Shown here one piece after another: positions 10,181 through 64,000 of a stretch of 64,000 nucleotides of DNA (position 1 is its first letter; each line of letters opens with the position of its first letter). Source of the DNA: Macrostomum lignano (Eukaryota). Location: NCBI GenBank assembly GCA_002269645.1, contig NIVC01000110.1, positions 620,001 through 684,000 on the forward strand, given 5' to 3'. The translations under genes were made by a program, and so were the position numbers. The notes under the pieces were generated by a model, which saw only the letters and a list, made by a program, of their open reading frames with translations, had not been told where the DNA came from and ran no database searches.

Positions 10181-10464
10181 ACTCCAATTTTTAACAGCTT
10201 TGCGCTACTCACAAATATCGTTACTTAAACTTGTACCAACAAAGCCACTTGTAGCAAAAGAACTTGTGCGTTTTAGAAAAAAATGTTTGTTTTTGGCCCA
10301 GTAACTAAATCGAGTTCCAATACATTCGATACCTCCGTGCTCATCAGAACTGTCTCGGCGGCGTCATAAATCTCCAGAACGTTTTCGATCTCCTTCAATG
10401 AGTCTCAGATTGCTTTTCTGTAAAAAAAATTAGGTGTTTTTACCCAAAAAGAAGAGTTTCATAG

Positions 10465-10808
10465 AGTTTAGCTCAGTTAGAATCAGTGGGGTTGTGTGCA
10501 CCCTGGCGCACTTTAACCGACATTGTCACACAACCGGCGAGAGGCATTACTGCCCATTCCGCCGACTCCCCTGAGCAGGCACACACGCACAGACACACAC
10601 TCACACGGGAGTGTACAGCGGCACCGACTTTATTTATCGCTGTACACTTCACTGTGCCTTGATGGCTGGCCAATAAGGGCGTTAAATGCACGAGCAGAGC
10701 CAAGACAAGATTCAAATTTAGTAACGAAATCAATGTGACTGCACTTGGAATCGAGCCTGGGCCGCTGGCACTTCAGAGCGCCGCGCTGGGCCACTGAGCT
10801 GCGGCACC
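10465..10808 (-). mobile_element. tRNA-derived SINE-like element (tRNA-Glu-like head at 10735-10808)
   Basis: A-box-like CAGCTCAGTGG and B-box-like GGCTCGATTCC; GGCGCTCT..GCC.GCGGCCC.GG.TCGATTCC resembles tRNA-Glu; no complete cloverleaf; the 3' boundary is approximate. Confidence 0.45.
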
Positions 10809-11743
10809 AAACTTTCACTCCACTTTGCGTCAAATTGTCAGTAGAAGACTGGTTCCCCTATTCCCAACAACAGGATCTATGGGGATTTTTGAAGGGAGAT
10901 GTTTCTCGTGGATGGAATTGTTTCTTCATGAAAGTTGAGCGCGATTCCTCGTATCTATTTATAGAAACACGCTTTAACGTTTTTTGAGCTGATAAAAACG
11001 TGTTTGAGTAGTAAGAACGTGTTTGCGTAGTAAGAAGTTTAAATAATTGTGCAGCAAAAGCACTACAAGGAAGTATTTTCTCCAGAAAAATATTGATTGA
11101 CAGCATAATTTGACAATAGGCCTGCCAGAAAATGTCGCACTTGAAAACTAGTCGCTCCAAGACACCCGTCAACAGGTGCGTGCGAGGTAGAGCTTACAGG
11201 TGCGCAATGTTGAGCGGCTGAGTTGTGGGAACGACTGGATTCAAAACCCCGATATAACTACTAAAGTGGGATAGAAAACACCTGTATGTTAATGAAACAC
11301 TAAGAAAATTGTTTATTGGTACGGCAATTGTTAGAAAAAAATGCATCGCTTGCTTCATTCGCGTCAACTTTTCATAGAAGCCTGATTCAATTGGCACTGA
11401 CGGAAATACGCGATTTCATTCCCAGAAGAGCTTCCATGTTTTCTGTCTTCCAAGGGCTCTTCTGTTTCCAGCGCTGCCGATCTGGAAGGGGCAGACGCCC
11501 CATGCTTGCAAATGAGGCCGATGATGGTCACCAGTCCCAGCAGATCCCTCCTCATTCCTCACATCACTCCTCCCTAGGGGCAGGACATGCAGGTTGTCGC
11601 CCGCCTCTGCCTCGCTTCGGCTTCGGCATCAAGGATGTTGATGTTGCATTTTCCTGAAGGTTGTGACACTGTGTTCATAGCTGGGAGTGGGTGTTCAGGG
11701 GCCCTTGCAGATGGGGCTGCATGCCACAGGAAGGTCACACCAT

Positions 11744-12330
11744 ATGGTCCCGATTCCCCTGCTGCTGCCGCTGCTGCTGCTCCGCCGACCTGCGACCTGC
11801 TGCACTCGGCCAACCTCCTTCCACTCGATCCTCGCCTCCAACTGCGTGTCGCCAGCCCACTACCAGCGGCTCGACCTGGACATCGCCAACTGCGCCTTTC
11901 GCTGTCGCGCAGCTCCGCGGTGCCGGGCCTTCACCATGGAGGCCGGACACGCCTCGGACGCTCAGGTCTGCCTGCTGTTCTCCTTCGATGCCTGCAGCTC
12001 GCAGCTGCTGCTCGATCCCAGCTCGATAGCGAACAGCGGCTGTTCCAGCCGGCAGCTCCGAGTCTTCGTCAAGCAGTCGGAGGGTCTCGAGCCGGGCCGG
12101 CTCTGTCCCGCCGACTAACGCTGGGTGTCCGGCGTCAGCGGCAGCAGCTTCAAGGGCTCGCTGTACAAGGCTGCTGGGAGCGGGCAGGAGGCCAGCTGGA
12201 GTGCTCAGGCCGACAGCTGCCGGAGCTTCTTGAGCAGCTCGGACGGGACCGCCATGCGGGCATCAGCTGGCCTGGCTGGAAGCGCTGAGATGGCACCGCT
12301 GCTCTGGGCAATGGCAGCTGGGCCTGAGCG
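11744..12330 (+). pseudogene. Truncated duplicate of the PAN/C-type-lectin gene
   Basis: Near-identical to about 9357-9860; TAT(Tyr)->TAA at 12116-12118; homology breaks after GCCATGC (about 12257), with a diverged GCAATGGCAGCTGGGC remnant at about 12310-12325. Confidence 0.85.
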
Positions 12331-12739
12331 CCGAGCACTGGAGGCTGAGTCTTCCTGAGTTTCCAGGCTGAGTCTGGAAAGCAGATGATTCAATAGATGG
12401 ATTCAATGCGGACAACCAGTCCAGGTTTTACAAGTCCGAGCTGAGAGATTCTCCGAGCTCCAGTCTCCATTTTGAACCTGCGGTGTGCGTTGATCTGCTT
12501 TGGCACTTCATTGCTGCCTTCATTGCCTGCCTTATTAATAACAATGTTTACGTTCTTTTAAAGAAAAACTTCCAGGATGGAGTGTAAAAATACTAAAAAG
12601 CTGAGAACTACATTGTTATACTCAAGTATTCAGATTCGGCATGGCCGAGTTTCTGAGATAACTAAAATTCCAGAAAATACGAAGTCCGGTAAGACGAAGT
12701 CGTGAATCGATTTGTGCCAGCATGTTTCCATCCCACACA

Positions 12740-13210
12740 GTTACTCCCCTACCCTGAAGACACCCACCCACTCTCTGTTATTTCCTAACCCAAGGACACC
12801 CCACCCCACTCCCTGTTACTCCCTACCCCAAGGACACTCCACCCCACTCCCTGTTACTCCCTACCCCAAGGACACTCCACCCCACTCCCTGTTACTCCCT
12901 ACCCCAAGGACACTCCACCCTACTCCCTGTTATTTCCTACCCCAAAGACACCCACCCACTCCCTGTTATTTCCTACCCGTAAGACACCCACCCCACTCCC
13001 TGTTATTTCCTACCCGTAAGACACCCACCCCACTCCCTGTTATTTCCTACCCGTAAGACACCCACCCCACTCCCTGCTATTTCCTACCCGAAAAACACCC
13101 ACCCCACTCCCTGTTATTTCCTACCCGAAAGACACCCACCCCACTCCATGTTATTCCCTCACCCCATTCCACTCATTGTTATTTTCCTACCCTAAAGACA
13201 CCCACCCCAC
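12740..13210. repeat. 37-38-bp C-rich minisatellite
   Basis: ACCCCACTCCCTGTTA(C/T)TCCCTACCC.. units with a gradual variant shift along the array. Confidence 0.9.
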
Positions 13211-14057
13211 TTTATTTATAATTGTATCGTGAATAATAGTTTGTAGTCAATCGATATTATAAAAACAAGATAGTTTAATATTATAATTTTCAGTAGCAAA
13301 AACCTACTAAACATACATGGAAGCGATGCTTTGAGCAATTATAAAAAAATAGCGTTTTACTGTCTCGGGCATCAAGATTACATACGAGCTCGAAAAATTA
13401 CCGCAGGTGAGTCCAGCTCAAATAAAAATGGAATTAATTTACATGTCCAAGTTGTTGTGCTGCTAAAAGTTAAAAGCTAAAAGCTATTATGTACATTCGG
13501 TACATAATACATCCCTACGCGGCTAAGTGTCAATCAATGAGAAATAAAAACTCAAAAATAGCTTGGCCCCTAGAAGTGGATCTGGCCATGCAGATTAACT
13601 GAGTGCTAATAAGTAACAGTCTTGTTAATGAGGATACAATAGAAAAAACTACAATGCATTACAAACAATGACAGCTAAACCAGAGCTGTTGAAACATGAT
13701 GCAGTTATTGAGCAAAACAAGGGCTGTCAACGCAAGAAAGCAGTTTGTAATTAAATTGGACAATAGAGAATTCGAAAATTATTGACAATTAGACAAGTAC
13801 AGATAAGGAAAACTGCATAGCACACGCCGAACTAAGCTATGCGATAAATTCACAGCAATTCAATAAAACCTAAGGAAGCATTGCTAATAATGTTAGCACC
13901 AAAGCTACGTCAAATATGATTTGGATAATGATTTTTGCTCAAAAATAGGTTTTTAAAATTTCCGATAAGTACTTCGTTGTCAAACTATAGTCAGCACAAA
14001 TTAAAGAAAACAGTTACATAATTGTATTAAAACCTAAAATTCGCACAATCAACTTCT

Positions 14058-14362
14058 CACCCCACCGACACCCACATCACGCCACTGACTTTCCTATCCC
14101 TCCGACACCCACCTCACGCCATTGACTTTCCTACCCCTTCGACACCCACCTCACGCCATTGACTTTCCTACCCCTTCGACACCCACCTCACGCCATTGAC
14201 TTTCCTACCCCTTCGACACCCACCTCACGCCATTGACTTTCCTACCCCTTCGGTACCCACCTCACGCCATTGAATTTCCTACCCCTTCGACACCTACTTC
14301 ACGCCATTGGCTTTCCTACCCCTTCGACACCCACCTCACGCCATTGACTTTCCTACCCCTCC
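14058..14362. repeat. 37-bp C-rich minisatellite
   Basis: CACCCACCTCACGCCATTGACTTTCCTACCCCTTCGA units. Confidence 0.9.
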
Positions 14363-14602
14363 AATACCTCATACATCGTACACTTTATACTTACTGTAAA
14401 CCCCACGACTGCTGCCTTTATTTGGCTTGACCAAACCCCCCCCCTCTTTGGTCAACTAAAAATCAATGAAGCAATAACCACACCGATTAATTATTTATCG
14501 TATTTTTTCAACAAGCAAAGCAATTAAGATAAAGTTTGATTCAATTGTAACAAACTGGCCGCTTAGTTTAATGGTTGGCGACCCGATTCAATCAAAAAGC
14601 AA

Positions 14603-63658
<49,056 letters not shown>

Positions 63659-63695
63659 CTGGAATGTTTTGGCAGGGGTTTGTGTGCAGGTTTAT

Positions 63696-64000
63696 GTCAT
63701 TGTTAGTCCCGTGGGGTCATGAGTGGGTCATTGTTAGTCCCGTGGGGTCATGAGTGGGTCATTGTTAGTCATGTGGGGTCATGAGTGGGTCATTGTTAGT
63801 CATGTGGGGTCATGAGTGGGTCATTGCTAGTCCCGTGGGGTCATGAGTGGGTCATTGTTAGTCTCGTGGGGTCATGAGTGGGTCATTGTTAGTCTCGTGG
63901 GGTCATGAGTGGGTCATTGTTAGTCATGTGGGGTCATGAGTGGGTCATTGCTAGTCCCGTGGGGTCATGAGTGGGTCATTGCTAGTCCCGTGGGGTCATG
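63696..64000. repeat. 31-bp minisatellite (TCATTGTTAGTCCCGTGGGGTCATGAGTGGG), running off the right edge
   Basis: Directly visible. Confidence 0.95.

Noticed and set aside
10735-10808. Functional tRNA gene
   Set aside because: Acceptor stem and anticodon loop are not canonical; kept only as a SINE-like head

Overview
Eukaryotic, almost certainly animal, genomic DNA with GC-rich coding blocks, GT-AG introns and many minisatellites. The style suggests a Macrostomum-like flatworm, but that is inference only. The dominant feature is one minus-strand spliced gene running from beyond the right edge to a stop at 14603. I assembled its exons by eye, and the reading phases agree across almost every junction. 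It encodes a kinesin-3 neck coil (DPTAKLISTLRMEIQRL), a split KIF16B/STARD9-type FHA domain and coiled-coil/low-complexity exons. These are followed by an apparent 25-29 kb exon containing about 24.6 seemingly identical 939-bp (313-aa) helical repeats, then three small terminal exons. That is about 10,900 aa inside the window; the motor domain would lie off-window. Two junctions in the giant exon (41529-41535 and 42055-42370) and one at about 52250-52300 are unresolved (intron versus indel/assembly error). The left 13 kb holds a decayed BEL/Pao integrase relic and a young but defective Ty3/Gypsy element (identical LTR cores, CATA target-site duplication, -1 frameshift signal with pseudoknot, anomalous 5' LTR/PBS junction). 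It also holds a secreted PAN/apple plus C-type-lectin-like gene with a pseudogenised duplicate, and a tRNA-derived SINE-like element. No database searches were run; family assignments come from motif recognition.
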